Shown here: positions 10,247 through 19,282 of the stretch, piece after piece | Layout of the letters: each line of letters starts with the position of its first letter | Position numbering within the stretch: position 1 is the first letter of the stretch | Source: a virus | Lineage: Duplodnaviria > Heunggongvirae > Uroviricota > Caudoviricetes | IMG/VR virus record: IMGVR_UViG_3300027985_001053 | DNA length: 64,000 nucleotides | Strand: one strand, 5' to 3' | Program-made: the position numbers and the translations under genes | The notes under the pieces: generated by a model | Seen by the model: the letters and a program-made list of their open reading frames with translations, nothing else | Databases searched by the model: none | Told to the model about the DNA's origin: nothing

Positions 10247-10435
10247 TTAGTCTAACAATAATTTCAAACCAGCTACTAAACTTCCAGTTATAGCAATAGT
10301 TATTCCATACGCTAGTAAGGTGCTTTTTACCCCTGCTATTTTAACAAAATAATATGTTATGACATTAAACAATATTAGTAATATAATAACTCCAAACATC
10401 TTTTTCATTAATTTCTCCTTATTTACTCTTCCCAA
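10247..10435 (-). CDS. small membrane protein (2 TM)
   Basis: 62 aa, hydrophobic. Confidence 0.35.
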   Translation of the reverse strand: MGRVNKEKLMKKMFGVIILLILFNVITYYFVKIAGVKSTLLAYGITIAITGSLVAGLKLLLD

Positions 10436-10616
10436 TTATACCCAACAACATATTTAGGTATATCAAAATCATTAATCCTGATGTCTTCCACTCTTTTGGT
10501 ACCATAGCAGTCAACCATAACTTTTATTAACCACTGCCCATTAGGAAGTTCAAACGCATCCTCCAGGATTTCTACTATTGTAACTTTCACTTTATTCATA
10601 AATTTCTATGTCCTCT

Positions 10617-11027
10617 TTACATAATAAGTAAATCTAAAAAACTTTTAGCTGCTTTATTTGCTAATTTATGTAACTCTTCATACTTAATATTCAGCGTATT
10701 ATTATCAATAAAAGCCATCGCAATATTAGATTGCCATCCCATGTAATAATCAGCGTCTTCTTTTAAATGCTTCCGTAGCATATCTATACTCTTATGAAGA
10801 GGTGTTTTTACTTCATCATCCTCTAGCACTGGAGTAACGTTATCAAACGTTACTTGTATTGTTGAAGGTGCTGTGGGATTACAGTCTTTACAATGATTAA
10901 CTAATTCAAAATGTTTGTCCTCTTTGCAAATACGACAATCACATTGTACATCATAATAAAAATACGTTCTTTTTAAGCGTGCAGATTTACCGCAACAATC
11001 ACATTTACCATACATTACCTCGTCCAT
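10617..11027 (-). CDS. Cys-rich zinc-binding protein
   Basis: CDCCGK...CDCRIC...CKDC. Confidence 0.4.
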   Translation of the reverse strand: MDEVMYGKCDCCGKSARLKRTYFYYDVQCDCRICKEDKHFELVNHCKDCNPTAPSTIQVTFDNVTPVLEDDEVKTPLHKSIDMLRKHLKEDADYYMGWQSNIAMAFIDNNTLNIKYEELHKLANKAAKSFLDLLIM

Positions 11028-11038
11028 GAAAATCTCCT

Positions 11039-11479
11039 TTATTTAACCTTCCTATAAAATATTGTTATCCCGTTTAAATGATCGAACTCATGTTGGAATA
11101 CTTTAGCATCTAAACCTCTTAAACGATACAAGACATTCTCACCTTTACAGTTAGTAAAGCTTACTTGAATAGTAACAGGCCTCATAATGTTAACAAATCC
11201 ATAGGTAGCCGAAGGGTATGTTAAACATCCTTCTTTCATAGCTTTCTTTTGTTTGCTTGTAAAAACTATTGAAGGGTTATATACACTTATGACTTCACCT
11301 TGATATTTCATAATGAAAAACTTTTGGTTTATTCCTACCTGTGGGGCAGCTAACCCAATACCATCTTTCATAACTTCAATCATCTTAGGTATAATCTCTT
11401 TTTCAATTGTAGTTATCTCGCTATTAAGAACACTTCTGCATTCACAACCTTCTACGAATTCTTTATCAACTAATTTCAT
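11039..11479 (-). CDS. def: peptide deformylase
   Basis: motifs GIGLAAPQVG, EGCLTYPS and QHEFDHLNG; start placed at the internal ATG (MKLVDKE) because aaggagat lies 6 nt upstream. Confidence 0.85.
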   Translation of the reverse strand: MKLVDKEFVEGCECRSVLNSEITTIEKEIIPKMIEVMKDGIGLAAPQVGINQKFFIMKYQGEVISVYNPSIVFTSKQKKAMKEGCLTYPSATYGFVNIMRPVTIQVSFTNCKGENVLYRLRGLDAKVFQHEFDHLNGITIFYRKVK

Positions 11480-11790
11480 CGTAATCTCCTTGCTTAGATA
11501 CATTACCTTGAAATAGGCCATAAAGTCAACTAAGTTAAATTAAAAGCGTATTGTACTTTTAAAAATATTATGCTATCCTATCTAAATAAAGGAAATGATA
11601 CAATATGAAACATAAAGAGTCTGAAGGTCACAAACGTCAGGTAATAGGAAATAAAGTTTGGGTTTGTGATTACAGGTTTAAGAGACCTAGTATTTTCCCC
11701 TAGGACAAGATAGATATTGAAAAACTACAAAAAGAGCATAGTGAACAGAGAATATTAAATGACATTAGGTCTAAAAATTAAGGAGACAAT

Positions 11791-12018
11791 ATGTATAAGA
11801 CAGAAATTGATTTAGTAAACAGTGTTATGAGTGGTTCTGGAGTCTGGAGCCATAAGCAAACAGCCTGGTACAAACTAAAAGCTTTTATAGAAGAACATGC
11901 CAAAGATAACTTGGTAAAATTACCTACCCCTGAGCAATTATACGAAAAGGTTAGAACCAGAGTAACTTATGAAGATGTTGAGGTTATTCTTAAATTGCTT
12001 AAAACAGGTGATTTTTAG
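11791..12018 (+). CDS. hypothetical protein
   Basis: 75 aa; RBS aaggagac. Confidence 0.4.
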   Translation: MYKTEIDLVNSVMSGSGVWSHKQTAWYKLKAFIEEHAKDNLVKLPTPEQLYEKVRTRVTYEDVEVILKLLKTGDF

Positions 12019-12054
12019 ATACATGCTTAACTTTTAATTTCAAGCATGTATCTA
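12017..12054. terminator. bidirectional terminator hairpin between convergent genes
   Basis: perfect 13-bp inverted repeat tagatacatgctt / aagcatgtatcta. Confidence 0.55.
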
Positions 12055-12064
12055 AACGTAGATA

Positions 12065-13051
12065 TTAACAACGACTAGAAGAACTACTCCCTCCACAAGA
12101 ATTACGAGAGGGTATCCTATGTATTTCGCAACCAGAATATCCAGAGACATTACTAGATAAATTAGTATTGGATCTCTGCTCTATCATAGGTGAGCTGTAC
12201 TTCTTAAGAATAGCGTTTAACGTCTTCTCAGAAGGAGAGGATTTTATTGGACTCATAGGTCTCTTTCCAGTCCAATCAAGATAGCATATTCCATCCGGTT
12301 GAAACACAACTTCAAAGACCTCATCCGAAGGAATAATATCAGTAGGTTCTAGTAAAGAGCTCTTCCAGTATACCTTAGTACCAAGAATCCTCTGAAGAGT
12401 AGTTCGACATACCGGACAAGACCCCTCCCACAATACCCTATAATCATTGAAAGTTAGTTCTACTGGAGTTTTGTCAAGAGTACCATTCTCTTTACGAAAC
12501 CTTACTGCTTCAAAACCCATATTCCTAGCCCATGCGATATAAGCCTCTATAAACTCTCTAGAAGTCAAGTCAGTTATTACACAATTAACACTAATATCAA
12601 TACCTCGTTTTCCATACTCATCTATGATTACAGATAGCTTACTATCCGGTAAATCATAAGTACCTTTAAAAATGCTCTTGTTCTTTGATTCATCATAATG
12701 ATGTCTACTAATGTTAATATGGTCTACTGCTACAGAGACTTGATCTATCTTCTCAAGCAATCCTGTTCCATTTGTTGTTAATAGAATATTAGTATACTTA
12801 TCTCTAAAATCCGGTAGTATCTCAAATACCAAATCGAAGTAAGGTGAAAGCAAAGGCTCTCCTCCAGTTATAGATATTTGATAAAACTTCTTATCTAAAT
12901 TAGTTAAAGTTTCTATTAGATTAGAGATATAAGCCGTTTTTCTAAGTGTAGGAAACTCTACATCCTTAGTATTAAAACAAAAGTCACAGGAAGCATTACA
13001 GCCTCCTGGCATCACTATTGAAAAGTTTGGGTCATTATTCGTTGTCTTCAT
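12065..13051 (-). CDS. radical SAM enzyme (MoaA/viperin-like N-terminal CxxxCxxC class), function unknown
   Basis: GGCNASCDFCFNT cluster at residues 18-25, ITGGEPLL SAM motif, TTNG. aggagg RBS. Unusual Cys/Ser-rich C-terminal tail (GCEIHRIPSRNSCGGSSSSSRC). Confidence 0.75.
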   Translation of the reverse strand: MKTTNNDPNFSIVMPGGCNASCDFCFNTKDVEFPTLRKTAYISNLIETLTNLDKKFYQISITGGEPLLSPYFDLVFEILPDFRDKYTNILLTTNGTGLLEKIDQVSVAVDHINISRHHYDESKNKSIFKGTYDLPDSKLSVIIDEYGKRGIDISVNCVITDLTSREFIEAYIAWARNMGFEAVRFRKENGTLDKTPVELTFNDYRVLWEGSCPVCRTTLQRILGTKVYWKSSLLEPTDIIPSDEVFEVVFQPDGICYLDWTGKRPMSPIKSSPSEKTLNAILKKYSSPMIEQRSNTNLSSNVSGYSGCEIHRIPSRNSCGGSSSSSRC

Positions 13052-13074
13052 TTATTTAGGGCCTCCTAGCCTTA

Positions 13075-14202
13075 CTATGCTTTAAAATTATATAAAGGTC
13101 GTACTCTATAAAGTATCTCTACAGAATCTTCCATATACCTTTCTACTGAGAGATAATCTTTGTATGCAGCAGGAGCCTCATCAAGAGTAGACTCTGAAAT
13201 ACAACTAGAATACACACTTTCCATAGACTGTTTAAAAGTTTCTAAATCTAATAACTCTTTGGCCCTCGTCCGAGACATTGTTCTACCTGCACCATAAGGA
13301 GCTGAAAAGTTCCAGTCAGGATTACCTTTACCCCTTCCGATAATAAGACCATCTCTCATATTCCAAGGAATTACTACAAGCTCTCCCAAATTTGCTGATA
13401 TCGCACCCTTACGGATAATCCCAAAGTCAAAATCTATATAATTATGAATAGACTCTACGGTATCTAGAATATCACAATGTAAAAAACTAACAATCTTATC
13501 CATGATTATTCTCCGGTTTAACGATGCATACTCTTGAGCTACTTTCATATGACCTATATACCTATTAGCAGAATTACCTGTTAAGTATTCCATCCCTTTA
13601 GGAATTTCTTCCATAGAAAGCTTTTGTTCTAATTTAAAAGACTCTCTATCCTTTAAAGGTATATTGGTTAAATCTATCCTAGTAGTAGAACATAAGTTCT
13701 CAGCTTCTTTCTGATGATACGTCGCTACCTGTAAACCAAAATTACGAGAACCTGAATGTATCGTTAACCAAAGATTACTCTCCTCATCTTCACCTATCTC
13801 TATAAAGTGATTCCCTCCTCCTAAGGTACCTAGCGATAATAACACCCTCTCACTAGAAAGACTTATATCTGAACAGACTGATAACAACCTCTCTTTGAAA
13901 TCGTCAGGTATCTCAGGGCTACGAGTATTGACTTTAAACCCAGAAGGGATAAACTCTCTAACAAAAGTATCCAAAGACTCAAACCCTATCGCCTTCCTAT
14001 CAAGCTTACAGGATAACATCCCACAACCTATATCTACTCCTATTACAGACCCAGAACCTGCATGTATGTCTGGCATAAATCTCGTCTTACAACCTTCAAA
14101 AGCAGGGTGATTTAAAAATAGCTGTACCTGGTCTAAAGCACTAGAGGCAACATCCTCTGTAAATATCTTACAATCTGTATAAGCTCCTCTTAATTCTATC
14201 AT
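13075..14202 (-). CDS. rtcB: RtcB-family RNA ligase (3'-phosphate/5'-OH)
   Basis: MPDIHAGSGSVIGVDIGCGM, TLGGGNHFIEIG, HSGSRNFG, HNYID, APYGAGRTMSRTRAKEL and AYKD all align with E. coli RtcB. Confidence 0.85.
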   Translation of the reverse strand: MIELRGAYTDCKIFTEDVASSALDQVQLFLNHPAFEGCKTRFMPDIHAGSGSVIGVDIGCGMLSCKLDRKAIGFESLDTFVREFIPSGFKVNTRSPEIPDDFKERLLSVCSDISLSSERVLLSLGTLGGGNHFIEIGEDEESNLWLTIHSGSRNFGLQVATYHQKEAENLCSTTRIDLTNIPLKDRESFKLEQKLSMEEIPKGMEYLTGNSANRYIGHMKVAQEYASLNRRIIMDKIVSFLHCDILDTVESIHNYIDFDFGIIRKGAISANLGELVVIPWNMRDGLIIGRGKGNPDWNFSAPYGAGRTMSRTRAKELLDLETFKQSMESVYSSCISESTLDEAPAAYKDYLSVERYMEDSVEILYRVRPLYNFKA

Positions 14203-14295
14203 CTTTATCTCCTTATTTATTAGATAATAAGCATTATTGACTTAAAATAAAATAAAGTCAATTAAAATCAACTAAAAACCACGAAAATTCCACTT

Positions 14296-14336
14296 CAAAT
14301 TTTAGCCTTCAAAATTTTTAAAACCAGTTTTAAAAA
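14296..14336. repeat. about 40-bp direct repeat, left copy (aaattttagccttcaaaatttttaaaaccagtttt)
   Basis: near-identical copy at 14890..14930 flanks gene 14403..14870. Confidence 0.6.
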
Positions 14337-14402
14337 AAAGACCCCCACCCCCTCTTGCTACTTAACTCTAAGTTATGTATTCTTCTACATAAGGAGATTA
14401 AG

Positions 14403-14870
14403 ATGAATACAACCCTAAGAGAAATATACACACATAACCCATGTAAAGAAGGATTCGCAAGATTAAACTTCACTTTAACAGGTAATCAATGCTTTAACAG
14501 TAATAAACCAAGTACCATGACTAAACATTTCTTTGAATTAAATATTACTAAACAATTCGCACTTCTTCCAGAAGATATAAAAGATAAAGAAATTAGTATG
14601 CTACAAATCCTAGAATCAAATGGTATTAAAGATGCTATATGGGCTCTAAGAACACAACCTATACAACAGACTTCTCAGATCAGAGAAGAGTTACTTAAGC
14701 AGACTCTTACAGCTACAATAGCCTGTGAAAGAACTTCCCTACCTCCCGAGAAATACTCCTACCTTCTCTACCTACTAGAACGAGATCTTTTTATCTTCTC
14801 TGAAAAAGTATGTGAAGAAGAAAGAATCTCCTGGGAAGAGATTGAGAATATACTTAGAAAGCATCTTTAA
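14403..14870 (+). CDS. hypothetical protein
   Basis: ATG at 14403 preceded by aaggagatta; ORF-track start 14355 lacks an RBS. Confidence 0.45.
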   Translation: MNTTLREIYTHNPCKEGFARLNFTLTGNQCFNSNKPSTMTKHFFELNITKQFALLPEDIKDKEISMLQILESNGIKDAIWALRTQPIQQTSQIREELLKQTLTATIACERTSLPPEKYSYLLYLLERDLFIFSEKVCEEERISWEEIENILRKHL

Positions 14871-14889
14871 GAAAACCCTCAAAATATAT

Positions 14890-14930
14890 TCCAAATTTTA
14901 GCCCTCGAAATTTTTAAAACCAGTTTTTAA
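14890..14930. repeat. about 40-bp direct repeat, right copy
   Basis: see 14296..14336. Confidence 0.6.
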
Positions 14931-15213
14931 AACACTTAAAAAGTTTTAGCAATACAAATGTATCCCATGTAGCTAATAACAGATAAAGGACGAAGACTTT
15001 AAAAACCCATAGCAGTGTATAAAGTATATCTTCAAAGTAAGTATAACCTCTTAAGAGTAACAGGGTATGGAAGAGAAAAGATAAGAGTACTATCGGTTAT
15101 CGTCTCTAAGCTCTGGGGGAATACTTCTCGACAATAGCGTAACAGGGTATCGGGGTATCAGAGAGGCTTCGGGATACAAGTAATAATTACTTTTTGTGGA
15201 GTAGGTAGTCTTT

Positions 15214-15345
15214 GAGGGTATTTGGGTATTTTTGGTATTTGGGTATCTGGGTATTCGGGGGTGAGTAGAGAGACTTCTTCGAGAGTTCTAGAGAGCTAAG
15301 GGTATTGGATGCAGGGGATTGGGTATTTGGGTATTTTTGGTGCAG
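15214..15345. repeat. GGGTAT(T) heptad-like tandem repeats (two clusters), G-tract rich
   Basis: gagggtatttgggtatttttggtatttgggtatctgggtattcggggg and gggtattggatgcaggggattgggtatttgggtattttt. Confidence 0.7.
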
Positions 15346-15457
15346 GGCGTATGAGCGTAAGCTCTAAGTATCGAAATTTCGTTCTGGTTTCCAGCCTTCG
15401 ATAAGTCAAAAGGACTTTCCCTTGGGGCGGTGTTGCGTATATAGGGATGGGGGGGGG

Positions 15458-15790
15458 TTAGTGTTGCACAAAGTGAAATAACCCTGAACCAGGTTCTTAA
15501 GATTGCAATATCAGATCATTAGTGTTGCATAAAGTGAAACAACACTGATCCAGGTTTACCAGCTTGCAATACCAAATAATTAGTGTTGCACAAAGTGAAA
15601 TAACCTTGAACCAGGTTCTTAAGATCGCAATATCAGATCATTAGTGTTGCATAAAGTGAAATAACCCTGAACCAGGTTCTTAAGATTGCAATATCAAATA
15701 TCAAATAATTAGTGTTGCACAAAGTGAAATAACCCTGAACCAGGTTCTTAAGATTGCAATATCAAATAATTATTACTGCATAAATCGGGA
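15458..15790. repeat. five tandem 61-bp direct repeats, an iteron-like array, preceded by a G9 homopolymer
   Basis: unit ttagtgttgcaYaaagtgaaataaccctgaaccaggttcttaagattgcaatatcaRat repeated head-to-tail at 15458, 15519, 15580, 15641 and 15709. Confidence 0.85.
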
Positions 15791-15888
15791 TAACATTTTA
15801 TAGATATCAAAAAAATACCCCATCGCTCAAAATCGAGCTATAAAGCCACGTTATGTGAAAGTTATACATTTATATTACTTTTATATAT

Positions 15889-15932
15889 AAATCATTTCTA
15901 ATAGCTCGATTATAAGCTATTAGAAATGATTT
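15889..15932. promoter_or_regulatory. perfect 18-bp inverted repeat in the AT-rich region
   Basis: aaatcatttctaatagct-cgattata-agctattagaaatgattt. Confidence 0.6.
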
Positions 15933-16219
15933 TTGATTTATGAGTTACTACTCTATAACTATCTTTTTATATGCTTTATCAAATAAAAACCGTATAGGGA
16001 ATTTTCCTATACAAAATGAGTAAAATTCCCTATATATTTTTTAAATTTTTAGTTCTATTATTAACACATAGGGACGGGACGCACACATATATACAAGCAG
16101 TAAAAAAGCTTGTATATATATATAAATATATATATGTGCTTAAAAACTTTTAAAAAGTTTTAAAAAATGTTGGCAACTACTAAAAATGTTGTTAATATTA
16201 AAGAGTAGAGGAGTTAACG

Positions 16220-16411
16220 ATGGACGTGTTAGCAAAAGATGTTTGTTTTATAGAAAATGGGTTTGGCGATGGTATGCTCTATAATAAAGATGGATCTGCA
16301 TGTTGGCAACTGCCGGCGTGTATAAAAAAAGAGGATATCATTCAAGGTTTCCCTCACTACATCATTAAGAGAGAAGCCTTGGACAAAAACGAGATTAGAA
16401 AATGGTTCTAA
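16220..16411 (+). CDS. hypothetical protein
   Basis: 63 aa ORF. Confidence 0.35.
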   Translation: MDVLAKDVCFIENGFGDGMLYNKDGSACWQLPACIKKEDIIQGFPHYIIKREALDKNEIRKWF

Positions 16412-16432
16412 TCTAGAAAAAAGGAGAATAAT

Positions 16433-16618
16433 ATGAAAGACATTAAAATTGAAGAAGTTACAGAATTTGATAGTTATTTGTCAAGCTCCGCAAGTTTTGA
16501 AATGAATTTGCTTTTAGCAAATTCATCTTTTTTAAAAGGCGTTAAAAGTCATGAAGCAGAGAAACTAAATGTTTCTCTTATCGACCTACATTTCGGGCGT
16601 GACGTCCGGAATGCATAA
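16433..16618 (+). CDS. hypothetical protein
   Basis: 61 aa; RBS aaggagaa. Confidence 0.35.
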   Translation: MKDIKIEEVTEFDSYLSSSASFEMNLLLANSSFLKGVKSHEAEKLNVSLIDLHFGRDVRNA

Positions 16619-16630
16619 AAACTTTTTATC

Positions 16631-16666
16631 AAGTATATTGACACAAATTAATATACTCGATAATAT
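16631..16666 (+). promoter_or_regulatory. promoter family B copy 1: TTGACA, 17-bp spacer, TAATAT, with palindrome caagtatat/atatactcg
   Basis: sigma70-like spacing; same cassette at 18450 and 19216. Confidence 0.6.
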
Positions 16667-16671
16667 ATACA

Positions 16672-16716
16672 AGCTTGCAATGGTTTTTATAGTAGTTCGA
16701 ATCTACTAGCAAGCTA
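16672..16716 (+). ncRNA. tRNA-like minihelix leader, copy 1 (acceptor stem agcttgc/gcaagct, T-arm tagtag-TTCGAAT-ctacta, discriminator A)
   Basis: starts 6-7 nt after the -10 box, so it would be the 5' end of the transcript. Confidence 0.5.
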
Positions 16717-16742
16717 TAAATAAAAATTTTAAGGAGAATAAG

Positions 16743-17234
16743 ATGGAATTTACTTTAGAAGAAATCAATGAAATTATGGATAGAAATAATGGGGATCTAA
16801 TCCTCAAGGATACACTTATCAAAACATTACCAGAAGGGTTAAAGGTTCAAGGAAACTTGGATCTGACAGATACCGACATTCAAGAGTTACCAAACGGGTT
16901 AATAGTTGGAAAAAACTTAAACTTGTACTTTACAAAGGTAACGTCGTTACCTGAAAATTTAAAAGTTGGTGGATGGGTAGAGCTACAAGGGACTAAGATA
17001 GAGACGTTACCAAAAGGTTTAGAAGTAGGCTTATCCCTAGATGCAAGCTATACACCAATGACAACACTACCAAGAGATTTAAAAATTGGTGGTTACCTTA
17101 GTCTGAGAGGGACTAAGGTAATAACATTACCAAAAGGGTTAACCGTAGGAACCGTTTTAGATATAACGAATACAAAAGTTAAGTCTTTACCTAAAGACTT
17201 AAAAGTAGGAGGTAAAATCTACAGCGATCTATAA
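16743..17234 (+). CDS. LRR-family protein, short form (7 repeats, no C-terminal domain)
   Basis: MEFTLEEINEIM leader, then 20-residue repeats LxLxxTxIxxLPxxLxVGGx. Confidence 0.6.
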   Translation: MEFTLEEINEIMDRNNGDLILKDTLIKTLPEGLKVQGNLDLTDTDIQELPNGLIVGKNLNLYFTKVTSLPENLKVGGWVELQGTKIETLPKGLEVGLSLDASYTPMTTLPRDLKIGGYLSLRGTKVITLPKGLTVGTVLDITNTKVKSLPKDLKVGGKIYSDL

Positions 17235-17237
17235 GAT
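17232..17237 (+). promoter_or_regulatory. TAAGAT -10-like box preceding minihelix copy 2
   Basis: same spacing to the minihelix as in copy 1; weak -35. Confidence 0.3.
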
Positions 17238-17244
17238 TAATACA

Positions 17245-17290
17245 AGCTTGTAATGGTTTTATATAGTGGTTCAATTCCACTAGCAAGCTA
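17245..17290 (+). ncRNA. tRNA-like minihelix leader, copy 2 (agcttgt/gcaagct with a U-G pair; T-arm tagtgg-TTCAATT-ccacta)
   Basis: compensatory change in the T-stem relative to copy 1. Confidence 0.5.
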
Positions 17291-17314
17291 TAAACCAAAA
17301 TTTAGGAGTTTAAT

Positions 17315-17857
17315 ATGGAATTCGAATTTGTAATGGGATCTACAATCCATAATACAATTATTATTGCAGAAATAAATATCAGAAATCATTTTTCAATATC
17401 TTTTAATGAGGTTCTTCCGTTTGAAATGACAGAAGAAAGAGATCTAGAACAAAAAGAAAGCTTTCTTGAAAATTTTGAAGAAGAAGAAAGACAAGAAATA
17501 GAGGAACAGATCTATTATCTTGGTTATGAAGGATATTTTGATATATCTTTATATTCAAATAATTTTAATTTTCCAGAACTGGAAAATGATATCTATTTTG
17601 AATCTATAGGGTGTGGTCAGGGGGATCATAGAAAAGATCTTATATACTCTATTAACTCTATTGATAAAAATACAGATACAAAAGATATCAATACAAAGAT
17701 CTTTGACCTCTGGGATAGATTACATTTAAAGGAAATGGAGAGTTTATCAGAATCTGATAAACAAGAAATTAATAACTTAATTGAAAAAATCAAAACGTTT
17801 GATCTAGATGATCAAATGGAAATATTAGCAAGAAAATTGCTAATAGAGGATAAATAA
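17315..17857 (+). CDS. hypothetical acidic protein
   Basis: 180 aa ORF downstream of minihelix 2. Confidence 0.45.
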   Translation: MEFEFVMGSTIHNTIIIAEINIRNHFSISFNEVLPFEMTEERDLEQKESFLENFEEEERQEIEEQIYYLGYEGYFDISLYSNNFNFPELENDIYFESIGCGQGDHRKDLIYSINSIDKNTDTKDINTKIFDLWDRLHLKEMESLSESDKQEINNLIEKIKTFDLDDQMEILARKLLIEDK

Positions 17858-17858
17858 C

Positions 17859-18437
17859 ATGAAACCATATGATAGTATAAAAACGATGTATAAGTCAAAA
17901 AGTCTTATACATCGTAAAAAAGTTTGTTTAAACAATGATGTTGTTATTGTAACAACAGACGAGCAAGCTAATAAGTTAAGTCCATTGACTTTATATTCTT
18001 GGATAGGACGCCTAAACGTTAATCTAAGAATGTACAATAGCAGTAGTCAATTCGGTGATATGGTTTTTTCAAACAAAGAAGACGCTGTTATTGAAAAAAT
18101 CAGAGAATTGAAGTTTATACAAAAAAATGTTAATGACTGTATTAATGACTTAAAAGAAGAAATTTCTACTATACGACGTATTAGATCTATAGCTAAAAAG
18201 CTATATACTTTCTCTATGGAAAATTCATATTTAAGCAAACGAGATCTAGATCTTATTATATCTAGATATGAATTAAACTTAACCTTAAATGAGTTTAAAA
18301 ACTTAAGCTTAATTATGGGAATTCAATTTAAGAGTAATAATCTTGTTTCTATATGGTTAGGAAAAAAATCAAAACTTAAGATTGAAACAATTATTAAAAT
18401 AATAGAAAAATTGAGATATCAAATAAAAATAAATTAA
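17859..18437 (+). CDS. hypothetical protein
   Basis: 192 aa ORF. Confidence 0.45.
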   Translation: MKPYDSIKTMYKSKSLIHRKKVCLNNDVVIVTTDEQANKLSPLTLYSWIGRLNVNLRMYNSSSQFGDMVFSNKEDAVIEKIRELKFIQKNVNDCINDLKEEISTIRRIRSIAKKLYTFSMENSYLSKRDLDLIISRYELNLTLNEFKNLSLIMGIQFKSNNLVSIWLGKKSKLKIETIIKIIEKLRYQIKIN

Positions 18438-18449
18438 ATTATCTTTATC

Positions 18450-18485
18450 AAGTATATTGACAAAAATTAATATACTTGATAATAT
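18450..18485 (+). promoter_or_regulatory. promoter family B copy 2 (TTGACA 18457..18462, TAATAT 18480..18485)
   Basis: palindrome caagtatat/atatacttg flanks the -35 box and spacer. Confidence 0.6.
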
Positions 18486-18516
18486 GTAGAAAGATAAAAA
18501 CTTGAGGAGTTTGAAG

Positions 18517-19203
18517 ATGAATAATTTTGACATGAACAGTAAAGGAATAAATATCATAGCTAATATTTTTTATGATGAATGTCTTTCGCAAGACAACTTT
18601 GACCGAAATTGTAAACTTATAGATAAAAACAAAGATTTTTTTATATACACTGATTATGGTAACTTAAGCAGTGATTTCTATATATCTTTGAAAGAAGAGT
18701 CCAGAACAGATCTCGAAGATGTTATAGAACAAGAACAAATTTATTGCGGATGCTCTATAGATGAGCTTGATATTCAAGAGCTTCAAGCTCTTATAGAAAA
18801 TGAGTTATCATATATAGATTTATTTTTTATCTGTAAAAAATATCATCTTGAGATTGAACAAAATTATGAGTTATTAACGATTCGAGGATTCTCTCAAGGT
18901 GACATCTTAAAAATATTTGTAAATATTGAAGAGTTTGAAAAGGTGACAGGAGCTGTTTTTAACGATATCAAAGAATCTTTAAAAGAAGATTTAATTAATT
19001 ATTGTTATAAAACACCATTAACTGCACGAATAACAATAAACGACCAAGAGATCTATTTGGACGGAATTGACGGCAATTATATTTATTATGATGCAGATAC
19101 TAAAAAACAAATTATAGAAATTTGTTTAAAAAGTGTATCAGATATTGATCAAGATCTTTTAAAAGAAGAACTTGAGGAATTATTACCAGAAGAAATAAAT
19201 TAA
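18517..19203 (+). CDS. hypothetical acidic protein
   Basis: ATG at 18517 preceded by gaggag; ORF-track start 18502 is a TTG inside the RBS. Confidence 0.45.
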   Translation: MNNFDMNSKGINIIANIFYDECLSQDNFDRNCKLIDKNKDFFIYTDYGNLSSDFYISLKEESRTDLEDVIEQEQIYCGCSIDELDIQELQALIENELSYIDLFFICKKYHLEIEQNYELLTIRGFSQGDILKIFVNIEEFEKVTGAVFNDIKESLKEDLINYCYKTPLTARITINDQEIYLDGIDGNYIYYDADTKKQIIEICLKSVSDIDQDLLKEELEELLPEEIN

Positions 19204-19215
19204 ACTAATTTTATC

Positions 19216-19251
19216 AAGTATATTGACAAAAATTAATATACTTGATAATAT
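19216..19251 (+). promoter_or_regulatory. promoter family B copy 3 (TTGACA 19223..19228, TAATAT 19246..19251)
   Basis: identical cassette. Confidence 0.6.
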
Positions 19252-19282
19252 TTAGAAAGATAAAAACTTGAGGAGTTTAAAA

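Noticed and set aside
15458-15790. Possible CRISPR array, given regularly spaced about 61-bp repeats
   Set aside because: Units abut each other with no unique spacer sequences, and there are no cas genes; it is a tandem direct-repeat (iteron-like) array
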